A stretch of 64,000 nt of DNA from Parcubacteria group bacterium (lineage in GTDB: Bacteria > Patescibacteriota > Minisyncoccia > Phycocordibacterales > UBA2135). Below are positions 36,665 to 45,605 of this stretch, piece by piece. Both the position numbers and the translations under genes were made by a program. Where the stretch lies: assembly GCA_016204005.1 (NCBI GenBank), contig JACQLS010000030.1, positions 25,952 to 89,951 on the forward strand, read 5' to 3'. Under the pieces are notes generated by a model, which had not been told where the DNA came from, searched no databases, and worked only from the letters and a program-made list of their open reading frames with translations. The stretch's first letter is position 1. Every line of letters begins with the position of its first letter.

Positions 36665-37648
36665 ATGATTTGGAATCCACACGAAGGTCGCGGATCTAAT
36701 GATCGCTTAGACCAAATAATGCGCGAGAAGCGCAAGGCGCGTCTGGAACAAGAAGCGGCGGCGGAGGAGGCTCGTGTCTTAGAGCTTGCATCTGAAAAGG
36801 CCGAGAAGAGGCTCACGGAAGATCAGATTGATTTTACAAACCCGGAGTTTCGAGGAGTTTTTACTGATGCGGCAGTAGAAAAAGATATGCAATACCTCGC
36901 AAGAGTCGAAGCGGCCATCAAAGAAGGTGAAACAGAAAGGAGCCGGGACACATTTCGCCTCGCGAGAATTCTCGAAGCAATCATTCACGAGCAAACAGAG
37001 CTTGCCAACTGGCTTGGGTCTGGTGCTACTACCATTAAGACTTCACGGCTCGACGATATTGCCAATGGCGTGGATGAGGTGGTGGAGTTTAGAAAAGATG
37101 AAGGTCACACGGCGCACCTTGGTCTTGGTATTGACGTAACGCTCGGCACCCACTTTCTTGGACAGAAGTTTGAAAGGATCAGAAAGGAAATTGAGAGTGG
37201 GAAGCTTGCACAGGTGAGATACTTCAAATCAAGTGATGGGAGCTTCGTCGGAACATTACCACTCTTGCCTCGCGTTATTGTTGGGGCTGAACGGCGGCAC
37301 ATCACAGAGCTTGCGCGGCTTTGGGTGAACAATAAAAATAAAGAACTTGCGGAACATCCGTTTAAAAAAGTTTTGATTGCAGAGATCATTGAGCAGCTCA
37401 GAGCCTTTAGAGAATATGCCCGTTTTGAGGCTATGAGGCAGACTCAACCAGCTGAAAGAGAGAGAAGGGAGGGGGTGATTCGGGCATATGAACGGGCGCT
37501 CCTCATTGCCGAAGGAGTAAAGCGGGGGGAGAAAGCGGCCCTCTCGAAATTGCCTGAAGGAAGCCGTGACGCGGAGTGGGGCAATAACGACCGTGTCCTC
37601 CTCGCCATCCGCCAAGAACTCAAGTCGTTTGGAGCGGGGGTGAGTTAA
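36665..37648 (+). CDS. Hypothetical protein (327 aa)
   Basis: ORF only; charged N-terminus; no recognisable domain. Confidence 0.4.
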   Translation: MIWNPHEGRGSNDRLDQIMREKRKARLEQEAAAEEARVLELASEKAEKRLTEDQIDFTNPEFRGVFTDAAVEKDMQYLARVEAAIKEGETERSRDTFRLARILEAIIHEQTELANWLGSGATTIKTSRLDDIANGVDEVVEFRKDEGHTAHLGLGIDVTLGTHFLGQKFERIRKEIESGKLAQVRYFKSSDGSFVGTLPLLPRVIVGAERRHITELARLWVNNKNKELAEHPFKKVLIAEIIEQLRAFREYARFEAMRQTQPAERERREGVIRAYERALLIAEGVKRGEKAALSKLPEGSRDAEWGNNDRVLLAIRQELKSFGAGVS

Positions 37649-37694
37649 ACCGTGTAGGTTTGCTCTTTGTGTCGGACTAGTTTAAAATACCTCC

Positions 37695-38294
37695 ATGTCA
37701 GATTATAAAAAGTTCAAAGAGGAGAGAACATTTGTTTTAATTAAGCCTGACGGCGTTCGCAAGGGGCTTACCGGGGAAATTATCAAGCGTTTTGAACAGC
37801 GGGATTTGAAGATCGTTGCCCTCGAGATGTTCCAGCCTACAAGGAAGCAGATCGACGATCACTACCCAAAGGAACAGAAGTGGGTTACGCGGTTGGGTGA
37901 AAAATCTCTTTCCACTTATAGCAAATACGGCATTGATCCGGCGAAAGAACTCGGCACCAATGATGCTGCAAAAATTGGGGAGATGGTGCGAGAGTGGCTC
38001 GTTGACTACATGACTTCGGCACCGCTTGTACGCATGGTCGTAGAAGGCGTGCATGCCGTTGATATGGTCAGGAAAATTGCCGGTCCCACCATACCCTCTA
38101 TGGCGGACATGGGAACTATTCGCGGCGACTTTTCGGCCGACTCTCCGGCTATCGCGAATACGGAAAAGCGGGCAGTCATGAACCTGATTCATGCTTCTGA
38201 AACCCCAGAAGAAGCGATGCACGAGATAAAGCATTGGTTTGGCGAGAAACCGCCCATATTCTCCTACAGTCGTTTTTGCATTGATCTCTGGTAG
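37695..38294 (+). CDS. ndk: Nucleoside diphosphate kinase (with internal insertion)
   Basis: ERTFVLIKPDGVRKGLTGEIIKRFE and NLIHASET (active-site His). Confidence 0.8.
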   Translation: MSDYKKFKEERTFVLIKPDGVRKGLTGEIIKRFEQRDLKIVALEMFQPTRKQIDDHYPKEQKWVTRLGEKSLSTYSKYGIDPAKELGTNDAAKIGEMVREWLVDYMTSAPLVRMVVEGVHAVDMVRKIAGPTIPSMADMGTIRGDFSADSPAIANTEKRAVMNLIHASETPEEAMHEIKHWFGEKPPIFSYSRFCIDLW

Positions 38295-38304
38295 TGCTAC
38301 ACTT

Positions 38305-38470
38305 AGGGTAGTTATTGGAGTAAAAATCCAGAATGTTAAAAACCCAGGGAGCTCGAATTGGCTCACTCTACTGATTCGTTCAGGGAATGATGTCTGAGGG
38401 CACCCACCTTGTATATAACGCTCGGGTTTTTCTACTCCAATAACTATTAAAGAATCCCCTGTGGGGTTTT
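38305..38470 (+). other. Structured intergenic region: perfect 14-nt long-range inverted repeat (tagttattggagta ... tactccaataacta) enclosing ~100 nt, followed by a short hairpin + T-run (cccctgtgggg tttttt); candidate small RNA or cis-regulatory element
   Basis: Read directly; no match to an RNA family recognised by eye. Confidence 0.3.
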
Positions 38471-38522
38471 TTAATGCTTCATTATGCCAGATACGATATA
38501 CTAGAGACTACATACCACTACT

Positions 38523-38927
38523 ATGTTTCGTCATCCCTTTTTCTACTTCCTCTTCTGTCTCCTCATCGTCATTACGGCTATGCATGTTTTTGGTATTATG
38601 TATTTTTGGTATGCCACGTATCCACTCCTTGATCTCGTCTTACATTTTGTTGGCGGTTTCTGGATTGCCGGTATAAGTTTATGGATCTTCTTTTTATCAG
38701 GGGCTTCGCGAGCTTCCTATAAGCAGAAAATACCCAAGGTCCATGTTGTCTTGGGTGTCCTCTTCTTCACCGTAATGATAGGGGCACTGTGGGAAATATT
38801 TGAAGTCATAAACGATATAACGCTCCGAGGATACCCAAAATACGAGTTCGATACGATAACCGATCTTATCGCTGACTCGATGGGGGCCCTCCTTGCTGGC
38901 TGGTATTTTGTCCGACGATATTTGTAA
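38523..38927 (+). CDS. Small integral membrane protein (4 TM), unknown function
   Basis: Hydrophobic segments; no CrcB motif; no other domain recognised. Confidence 0.45.
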   Translation: MFRHPFFYFLFCLLIVITAMHVFGIMYFWYATYPLLDLVLHFVGGFWIAGISLWIFFLSGASRASYKQKIPKVHVVLGVLFFTVMIGALWEIFEVINDITLRGYPKYEFDTITDLIADSMGALLAGWYFVRRYL

Positions 38928-38949
38928 CAGTTCAAAAGCTAGTATCTTA

Positions 38950-40314
38950 ATGAGCAAAGCCAAACTTACATTTTGCGGGGGAGCAGGGGAGGTGACCGGT
39001 TCAAATTTCCTCTTGGAGACCGACGAGGCGAGCGTGCTCGTTGATTGCGGTTTGTTTGAGGGATGCGACACCTGTGGCGACAAAAATGTAGATCCGTTTC
39101 CATACGACCCGAAAAAGATCGATGCCTTGTTTGTGACTCACCCACACGTTGACCACGTAGGGAGGATCCCGAAGCTTGTGAAAGAGGGTTTTCGGGGCAC
39201 AATCTACTCCACTCCGCCCACCAGAGATATTGTCGAGGTTGTCTATGACGACGCACTCAAAATCATGAGAGAAGAAACAGCGAGGACGGGAGCACCACTT
39301 TTATACGGACCGGAAGATGTTACGCAAACACTCGCCTTGTGGGAGACCAGAGAGTATCGGAAAACCTTTGTTGTAAAAGGCCTCACGGCTTCATTTAAAA
39401 ACTCAGGGCATGTTTTAGGTTCTGCGATGGTGGAGCTTGAACGCGGTGGAAAAAAGATCGTCTTTACGGGGGACCTCGGTAACTTCCCATCGCCACTCTT
39501 ACCCGACCCCGATGCGGTGAATGACGCGGACTATCTCGTTATGGAGAGCGTATACGGTGATCGAAACCACGAGGCACGGGATGAGCGCCGTTCTGCGTTG
39601 GAAGATATTATTGAGGAGACATCTCGGAAGAAGGGCGTGCTCATGATTCCAGCCTTTTCTCTTGAGCGCACACAAGCTGTCCTTTACGAAATAGAGCACA
39701 TGGTTGAGGGGCGACAGATCCCACGCATGCCCGTTTTCATTGATTCGCCGCTTGCGATTAAGATTACAGACATTTACAAAAAATATTCATCGACCTACTT
39801 CAATAAAAGTGTGGGGATGGAGTCAAAAGGCGGCAACGGCATTTTTGCATTTGCTGAACTCTCTTTCACAAGGACTTCCGAAGAATCAAAGCACATCCTC
39901 GCTGTTCCGGAGCCGAAAATTATCATTGCGGGAGGAGGTATGTCCGAAGGGGGGCGCATTATCTTCCATGAAAAGCATTATCTGCCTCAACCTAAAAACA
40001 CCCTCCTTATTTTAGGATATCAAGCACCAGGTACCCGCGGCCGTGAAATAGAAGACGGCGCAAAGACCATAGAGATACTCGGGGAAGAGATACCTGTTAA
40101 TGCTCGTATTCGCACTATCAGCGGCTATTCTGCGCACATGGACTCCGAGCATCTCCTTGAGTTTGCGGCGAACGACGCAGATGCGGCAAAAACAATCTTT
40201 GTTGTTATGGGAGAACCCAAGTCAGCTTTCTTCCTGACCCAACGAATACGCGATTATGTAGGGCTCAACGCAGTTGCTCCACAGCGTGGTGACACGTTCC
40301 CTCTAGATTTTTAG
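38950..40314 (+). CDS. MBL-fold beta-CASP family metallo-hydrolase (RNase J / CPSF-like ribonuclease)
   Basis: HPHVDHVGRIP (HxHxDH) plus downstream beta-CASP motifs; start at the internal Met of track ORF 38893. Confidence 0.65.
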   Translation: MSKAKLTFCGGAGEVTGSNFLLETDEASVLVDCGLFEGCDTCGDKNVDPFPYDPKKIDALFVTHPHVDHVGRIPKLVKEGFRGTIYSTPPTRDIVEVVYDDALKIMREETARTGAPLLYGPEDVTQTLALWETREYRKTFVVKGLTASFKNSGHVLGSAMVELERGGKKIVFTGDLGNFPSPLLPDPDAVNDADYLVMESVYGDRNHEARDERRSALEDIIEETSRKKGVLMIPAFSLERTQAVLYEIEHMVEGRQIPRMPVFIDSPLAIKITDIYKKYSSTYFNKSVGMESKGGNGIFAFAELSFTRTSEESKHILAVPEPKIIIAGGGMSEGGRIIFHEKHYLPQPKNTLLILGYQAPGTRGREIEDGAKTIEILGEEIPVNARIRTISGYSAHMDSEHLLEFAANDADAAKTIFVVMGEPKSAFFLTQRIRDYVGLNAVAPQRGDTFPLDF

Positions 40315-40362
40315 CGTCGCGCATACCGCTCTGTATGCTATACTTTCTATATCATTACCCCT

Positions 40363-40971
40363 ATGCACCCTGACGAGCAAAAACACGTTCACTTGAAGTT
40401 AAAAATCTGCGTCTCTGGCGCGGCAGAGACCGGTCATTGCGGTCCAGATGCTCTTGATTCAGCAAAAGAACTGGGACGTGAAATCGCGCGGCACAATGCT
40501 GTGCTGGTAACCGGTGCGACAACAGGCTTTCCCCTCTGGGCGGCTATGGGCGCAAAAGAGGTGAATGGTATCTCCCTCGGGCTTTCGCCCGCCTCAACAG
40601 AGGAAGAACATATTGGAATCTACAAGCTCCCTGTCGATTACCTTGATTTGATCATCTATACCGGTTTTGGATACTCCGGCAGAAACCTTCTTTTGACTCG
40701 GGCATCAGACGCGATCATTGTTGGGTGCGGGCGTATCGGAACCGTGAATGAATTTACCATCGCCTTTGAAGACAAGAAGCCCATTGGCATCTTGGAGGGG
40801 TCGTGGGAGACAGACGAAGTGTTCCGAAACATCATTGAAAAGGCACATCGGCCAAACAATAAAATCATCTTTGACTCTGATCCGAAGGCGCTTGTCGAGA
40901 GACTAATGGAGCTTGTGAAAAAAGAAAAGAAACACTACTACCTCTACGAACGCCGCCAAGCAATAGAGTGA
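40363..40971 (+). CDS. LOG-family / TIGR00725-like Rossmann-fold nucleotide-binding protein
   Basis: LKICVSGAAETGHCG...AVLVTGATTG...GTVNEF pattern typical of LOG/SLOG proteins. Confidence 0.5.
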   Translation: MHPDEQKHVHLKLKICVSGAAETGHCGPDALDSAKELGREIARHNAVLVTGATTGFPLWAAMGAKEVNGISLGLSPASTEEEHIGIYKLPVDYLDLIIYTGFGYSGRNLLLTRASDAIIVGCGRIGTVNEFTIAFEDKKPIGILEGSWETDEVFRNIIEKAHRPNNKIIFDSDPKALVERLMELVKKEKKHYYLYERRQAIE

Positions 40972-40975
40972 TACA

Positions 40976-41021
40976 AAAATAACAAAAAACGGTCGCCTGA
41001 AGCGATCGTTTTTTGTTATTT
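40976..41021. terminator. Bidirectional terminator: 14-nt perfect inverted repeat (aaataacaaaaaac / gttttttgttattt) around an inner GC stem
   Basis: Read directly; lies between convergent genes. Confidence 0.6.
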
Positions 41022-41363
41022 CACTTTCTCGAGAACCTTCTTGAAGATTTCAGGATTGTTTTCAGCGAGGTCGGCGAGAGATTTGCGATCAAGGCCGATT
41101 CCTTTCTGTTTCAGCATGAAAATAAATTGAGAATACGAGATGTTCCCGTACTCACGGGTTGCCGCGTTGATTTTTACCTGCCACAAGCGTCGGAAGTCTT
41201 TCTTTTTCTTTCGCCGATGTCCAAAGGCATGCACTCCTGCGTGAGCGATTGCTTCGTGTGCTTGTCGCACCTTTTTACTTCGGCCAAATCGATACCCCTT
41301 CGCCTGCTTCAAGGTGTTTCGACGGCTTTTTATTCGCGTTGTGCCTCTCTTTACCCGTGTCAT
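41016..41363 (-). CDS. rplT: 50S ribosomal protein L20
   Basis: MTRVKRGTTRIKSRRNTLKQAKGYRFGRSK. Confidence 0.9.
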   Translation of the reverse strand: MTRVKRGTTRIKSRRNTLKQAKGYRFGRSKKVRQAHEAIAHAGVHAFGHRRKKKKDFRRLWQVKINAATREYGNISYSQFIFMLKQKGIGLDRKSLADLAENNPEIFKKVLEKVK

Positions 41364-41368
41364 AGTCG

Positions 41369-41548
41369 TTAGTTAATGAAACGCTGTTTTGATTTAGCGG
41401 ACATGGTAAATGAACGCATGCGATTGCGGTCGAGCTTGTCGGACTTGCTTTTTCTCGCACGGAAATGGTTTTGTCCGCCTCTGCGCGCAAGCATTTTTCC
41501 GTTTTTCGTGACTTTGAGTCGCTTTGTGTAGGATTTGTTGGTTTTCAT
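41369..41548 (-). CDS. rpmI: 50S ribosomal protein L35 (59 aa; below the ORF-track cutoff)
   Basis: Hand-translated on the minus strand: MKTNKSYTKRLKVTKNGKMLARRGGQNHFRARKSKSDKLDRNRMRSFTMSAKSKQRFIN; sits between infC and rplT as expected. Confidence 0.75.
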   Translation of the reverse strand: MKTNKSYTKRLKVTKNGKMLARRGGQNHFRARKSKSDKLDRNRMRSFTMSAKSKQRFIN

Positions 41549-41565
41549 GGTCGCGTGCGTTTGTA

Positions 41566-42063
41566 CTACTTTTTCGCGCGTTCGAGTATGACCGCGAGGC
41601 CCTTGGGGCTTCTCTTTGGTCCATCAGCTATTTTGTACTCCTCTGTGATAAGTCGTAAGACGCGTTCCAGACGTTCTTGTAAAAATTCTTTCGGGAGGTA
41701 CTTTGCGCGGCCAGCAAGGAAAAGATCCATCTTGACGCGATACCCCTCTTTCAAGAACTTAGAAGCCTGTTTTGCCTTGAGTTCTAGGTCGTGCTCGCCC
41801 GTACCGATCTTGATCTGGAGGGATTTTGTCTCTGTTCCCTGTACTTTAACCCCCCTTTGCTTCTTTTGCTCCAGATACTGAAACTTACCATAATCCATGA
41901 TTTTGGCAACTGGTGGGGTAGCATTGGGCGAAATCTCAATCAAATCAAGCCCCCGCCCTTGCGCTACTTCGAGGGCTTCCTTAAAGGGGATGACACCGAG
42001 GTTACCTCCGTCATCGGTTACAACACGGAGCTCCTGTGCGCGTATTTGGTTGTTTATCCTCAC
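41566..42063 (-). CDS. infC: Translation initiation factor IF-3 (GTG start)
   Basis: RINNQIRAQELRVVTDDGGNLGVIPFKEALEVAQGRGLDLIEISPNATPPVAKIMDYGKFQYLEQKK. Confidence 0.88.
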   Translation of the reverse strand: MRINNQIRAQELRVVTDDGGNLGVIPFKEALEVAQGRGLDLIEISPNATPPVAKIMDYGKFQYLEQKKQRGVKVQGTETKSLQIKIGTGEHDLELKAKQASKFLKEGYRVKMDLFLAGRAKYLPKEFLQERLERVLRLITEEYKIADGPKRSPKGLAVILERAKK

Positions 42064-42166
42064 CTTTGCTTTCAGATTAGGGTAGTATAGAGGATTTTAA
42101 AAGGAATGGCAAGACATTCGACCTTGCTCATGATAAACAAAAACCCGCGTAAGGCGGGTGTATTTT

Positions 42167-43333
42167 TTAGGCGCGGATGCGCGCAATCTCGTAGTTTGAA
42201 TACATCTTATTCCCAGTTACATCTTCTAGCACCGGGAGGAATGGCGGAAGTGAAACTTTACTCGTCTCCCTAGTCAGCTCAACCTCTAGGAGGAGAAGGC
42301 CGGTAGCCGGGTCTCTGAATACATCGAGTTCAAAGTATTGGTTTTCCCACGCGAAACAAAAACGATGTTTTTGTATAACCGCGAACCTGGGGTCGCGAAC
42401 GCGAGCAAGTTCGCCGTACATTTCGGGTGAAATGTGTTTTTCCGTTTCCGCGCGAGCAAATGTCCCAGGAATTTCCCACTTGTGTGTACGATAGTATACA
42501 TATGTACCGTCTTGGCCGCGACGGCGAATGCGTCCTTCATTACCCGGAGCTTCACCCGTCAAATACATCTGTTCAATCTGAACACACTCAAATGGGATCC
42601 GCAGTTCTTTGAGTAGCCGCGGATTAAACGACGGATCGATGAGATATTTTCTCTCAATCTCGATCGGCACCGGGATGCCGAGGACAACGCAGACCTCTTG
42701 GAAGAGTCGATCAATCTTTTCTTCAAAGCCCGTTGAGTTATCAATGGATCGCCAGTGTGGGTGCCCCATCCATGCCTCAAGCGTCTCTTTGTCTCTCTCC
42801 CGAGCTTCTCCCAACGTTGTTTCTTGGCGAGCGGTGTTATTTGCAACCGTGTAGAACGCCTCTGCTCCAAATGCCGCCGTGACGAGATGGAAGACGGCAT
42901 TATAGGGAAGATCGCGCAGGTGGGGGATTTTGAGACCCGACTCGTGCGCGAGTTGTTTGAACAGATCCGCTTTTGCGTACCCGAGTATGTCCATAAAACC
43001 GCGGTCGCAGATCACCACCTTTTTCTTGGCTTTGGATCGAGCCACATAGCGACGGTAGTTGAGTTCCCGTGCAAGTGTCTCTTCAAAGACACAACGTTGG
43101 AATGTTTGAAAGTCCAATCCATTTGCATCCGGCTTAATCCCCGCATTTATGAGAAGTGTCGGCACCTCGGGCGGCATAAAAACCGTGAACCCGCGGTCCA
43201 AGAGCTTCTGTTCAGTGCGGCACAAAGCCGTCGTCTTGCCCGCGCACGGCCCGCCAGTAAGAACCATGATCGGAACGTCTTCTGGCCTCAAGTGTTTTAG
43301 TATCTCTGCCTCAGAACTGAAGTGAGGAAGCAT
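42167..43333 (-). CDS. Two-domain protein: N-terminal P-loop NTPase/kinase-like domain (AAA_28/NadR-like or uridine-kinase-like) fused to a C-terminal CYTH (triphosphate tunnel metalloenzyme) domain
   Basis: VLTGGPCAGKTT (Walker A). CYTH hallmarks: IEIERKYL (ExExK), FELDVF and LEVEL. Start placed at MLPHFSS; the track ORF extends to 43606. Confidence 0.6.
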   Translation of the reverse strand: MLPHFSSEAEILKHLRPEDVPIMVLTGGPCAGKTTALCRTEQKLLDRGFTVFMPPEVPTLLINAGIKPDANGLDFQTFQRCVFEETLARELNYRRYVARSKAKKKVVICDRGFMDILGYAKADLFKQLAHESGLKIPHLRDLPYNAVFHLVTAAFGAEAFYTVANNTARQETTLGEARERDKETLEAWMGHPHWRSIDNSTGFEEKIDRLFQEVCVVLGIPVPIEIERKYLIDPSFNPRLLKELRIPFECVQIEQMYLTGEAPGNEGRIRRRGQDGTYVYYRTHKWEIPGTFARAETEKHISPEMYGELARVRDPRFAVIQKHRFCFAWENQYFELDVFRDPATGLLLLEVELTRETSKVSLPPFLPVLEDVTGNKMYSNYEIARIRA

Positions 43334-43441
43334 GAATGTCACCCAGATCTCCTTTCTTTCTGCATCGTAACCCGCCTCACACACTTTGGGAAGCCTTCGA
43401 AAATTGAAAAAGATGTGAAATCGGGATACTCTAAACCAGAG

Positions 43442-45433
43442 ATGAAAACAACCAAAAGAACATCCATGAAGAGCAAAAGCGCCTTTCGAAGAAGCGAGCT
43501 TGACGGGAACGTCAAGCCGACAGACGATTTTTTCCAGTTTGCAAATGGCAAGTGGGCGGAGCGACACGCTATTCCCGCAACAGAAAGCATATGGGGACCC
43601 TTCCACATTTTGTGGAAGAAAAACCTTGAGCGTCTTCGCATCCTTCTTGAAGATATTTCAGAAGGTAGAGTAGAAGAAGGGGGGAGAGAGTTAGTGCTTC
43701 TTCGCGATTATTACCGAACAGCGATGGATCGCGCAATGGCCAATGCTCTGGGCTCTAGTCCCTTGACGCCCTTCTTTGATGACGTGAACGCCGTGGCGAC
43801 GATTCAGGATATTGTGGCGCTCATGGCACGTTTCCGTAAAGCTGGCATCGGTGGGCCTTGGACTGTCACCGCCTACAGGGACTTGAAGGAGGGAGATCTC
43901 GTTAAACTTTCGTTTGGGCAAGGAGGTTTGGGCCTGCCAGAGAAGACCTACTATCTTTCAGATGATCCCGCCACGCGTAAAGTACGAGATGCCTACCGCA
44001 AGCATGTAGAGAAAATGTTTCGCCTGGCGAACATCGAAGGAGATGCTCGAGAAAGCGCCGATACTATCATGGAGATAGAAACAGCACTTGCTCGGGTATC
44101 AAGAACAAACGCTGAATTGCGGCAGATTGAGAACATTTACAACGAGAGGACAATACCGGCTCTTGAGCGCGAAGTACCCGGCGTGAATTGGCGGATGTAT
44201 CTTTCGGAACTCGGCGCTCCGCCTTTGGACACAGTCAATATTGAGGTGCCGGAATTCATGTCGACAGTTTCGAGTCTCTTCCAAAGTATTCCGCTTCAGA
44301 AGTGGAAAGTGTATTTTTCCTGGAGAATAATCACTTCGGGGGCAAGCTTCTTGAGCGATGCGTTCGCCCGCGAACAGTTTAATTTCTGGGGCAAAGTTGT
44401 TTCGGGGACGAAGAGAATGCAACCGCGGTGGCGTAGGGTCGCCCACGACATTGACGGCACGGTTTTGGGAGAAGTGCTCGGCAAATTCTATATCCAACGT
44501 CACTTCAGTGAGAGCGCCAAAGACTATGTGCGCACAATGGTTGCTTACGTAAAGGAGGCATTCAAGGAACGCGTTAGTTCTCGCCCATGGATGGGGGAGG
44601 CGACAAGGGCAATGGCCATTCGGAAGCTCGATGCCGTGAAAGAAAAGGTGGGGTATCCAGACACGTGGCGGGATTCTTCTCGGCTTCAGCTTACCAACGC
44701 TTCATACTACGAAAATAGCGTTCAAGTGTCTCGCTTTGAATTTGAGGACATGCTCTCCAAGGTGGGCAAACCGGCAGATCGGCAGAAATGGTTTTGTTCG
44801 CCGCAAACGGTTAATGCCTTTTTCGAGGAGGAGCTTGTATCGATGACATTTCCCGCAGGAATTCTGCAGCCACCGTTCTTTGACCCTGAAAGAGATGAAG
44901 CGGTGAATTTTGGCGCAATCGCATCAATCGTAGGGCACGAACTCACGCATGGCTTCGACGATCAAGGAAGAAAGTTCGATGAGAACGGTCATCTCGAGGA
45001 TTGGTGGACCCCGGAAGACAAAGAAGCATTTTTGGAACGCACAAGAGCGTTCGAGGCTCAAATTGGGACGTACCGCATTATTGATGACGTCTACGCAAAT
45101 GGCGCTCTCACTATCGGTGAAACGGTTGCGGACTTAGGCGGGCTCGTGCTTGCTTTCTACGCGATGCAAAAGTTCTTTGCGGAAAAAGGCCGTCCTCGTC
45201 TGGTCAATGGACTCACTCCAGAGCAGCGCTTCTTTCTTGGGTATGCGTTAATAGAGCGCTCAAAGTTCCGCGAGGAGCGCTTGCGCGAAATTGCTATTAC
45301 CGATCCGCATCTGCCATCGTATTGGCGTGTGAATGGTGTGCTTTCCAATATGTCGGAATTCTTTGACGCATTTAATGGGGGTCCTGGCGACAAGATGTGG
45401 CGCCCGGAAAACGAGCGAATAGAGATTTGGTAA
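43442..45433 (+). CDS. Peptidase M13 family (neprilysin/PepO-like) zinc metalloendopeptidase, apparently cytoplasmic
   Basis: HELTHGFDDQGRKFDENGHLEDWW (HExxH ... M13 block) and DFFQFANGKWAE N-terminal M13 motif; no signal peptide. Confidence 0.7.
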   Translation: MKTTKRTSMKSKSAFRRSELDGNVKPTDDFFQFANGKWAERHAIPATESIWGPFHILWKKNLERLRILLEDISEGRVEEGGRELVLLRDYYRTAMDRAMANALGSSPLTPFFDDVNAVATIQDIVALMARFRKAGIGGPWTVTAYRDLKEGDLVKLSFGQGGLGLPEKTYYLSDDPATRKVRDAYRKHVEKMFRLANIEGDARESADTIMEIETALARVSRTNAELRQIENIYNERTIPALEREVPGVNWRMYLSELGAPPLDTVNIEVPEFMSTVSSLFQSIPLQKWKVYFSWRIITSGASFLSDAFAREQFNFWGKVVSGTKRMQPRWRRVAHDIDGTVLGEVLGKFYIQRHFSESAKDYVRTMVAYVKEAFKERVSSRPWMGEATRAMAIRKLDAVKEKVGYPDTWRDSSRLQLTNASYYENSVQVSRFEFEDMLSKVGKPADRQKWFCSPQTVNAFFEEELVSMTFPAGILQPPFFDPERDEAVNFGAIASIVGHELTHGFDDQGRKFDENGHLEDWWTPEDKEAFLERTRAFEAQIGTYRIIDDVYANGALTIGETVADLGGLVLAFYAMQKFFAEKGRPRLVNGLTPEQRFFLGYALIERSKFREERLREIAITDPHLPSYWRVNGVLSNMSEFFDAFNGGPGDKMWRPENERIEIW

Positions 45434-45605
45434 TTGTTAAACGACTGCGAGAGACGCGGTCGTTTTATGTTATAGTCATACCATGGTCCCGATAGTGTCC
45501 GCGGTCACGGACGGAGAGCGTCAAAACAGCTCACATTATTGGGAATATTATAAGAAGTAATTTTCATGGGTTGAGGTTGAGAGACCGCGACCTGACACTA
45601 TCGGG

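Noticed and set aside
38523-38927. Small 4-TM protein as a CrcB/Fluc fluoride channel with an upstream fluoride riboswitch
   Set aside because: The protein lacks the TFSTF-type CrcB motif and the upstream region does not match the fluoride riboswitch consensus by eye. Left as an unknown membrane protein and unexplained structured region.
43334-43606. N-terminal 91 aa of track ORF 42167..43606(-)
   Set aside because: The extension has no homology, is Cys/Phe-rich and overlaps the divergent peptidase upstream region. The start was moved to MLPHFSS (43333), just before the P-loop.
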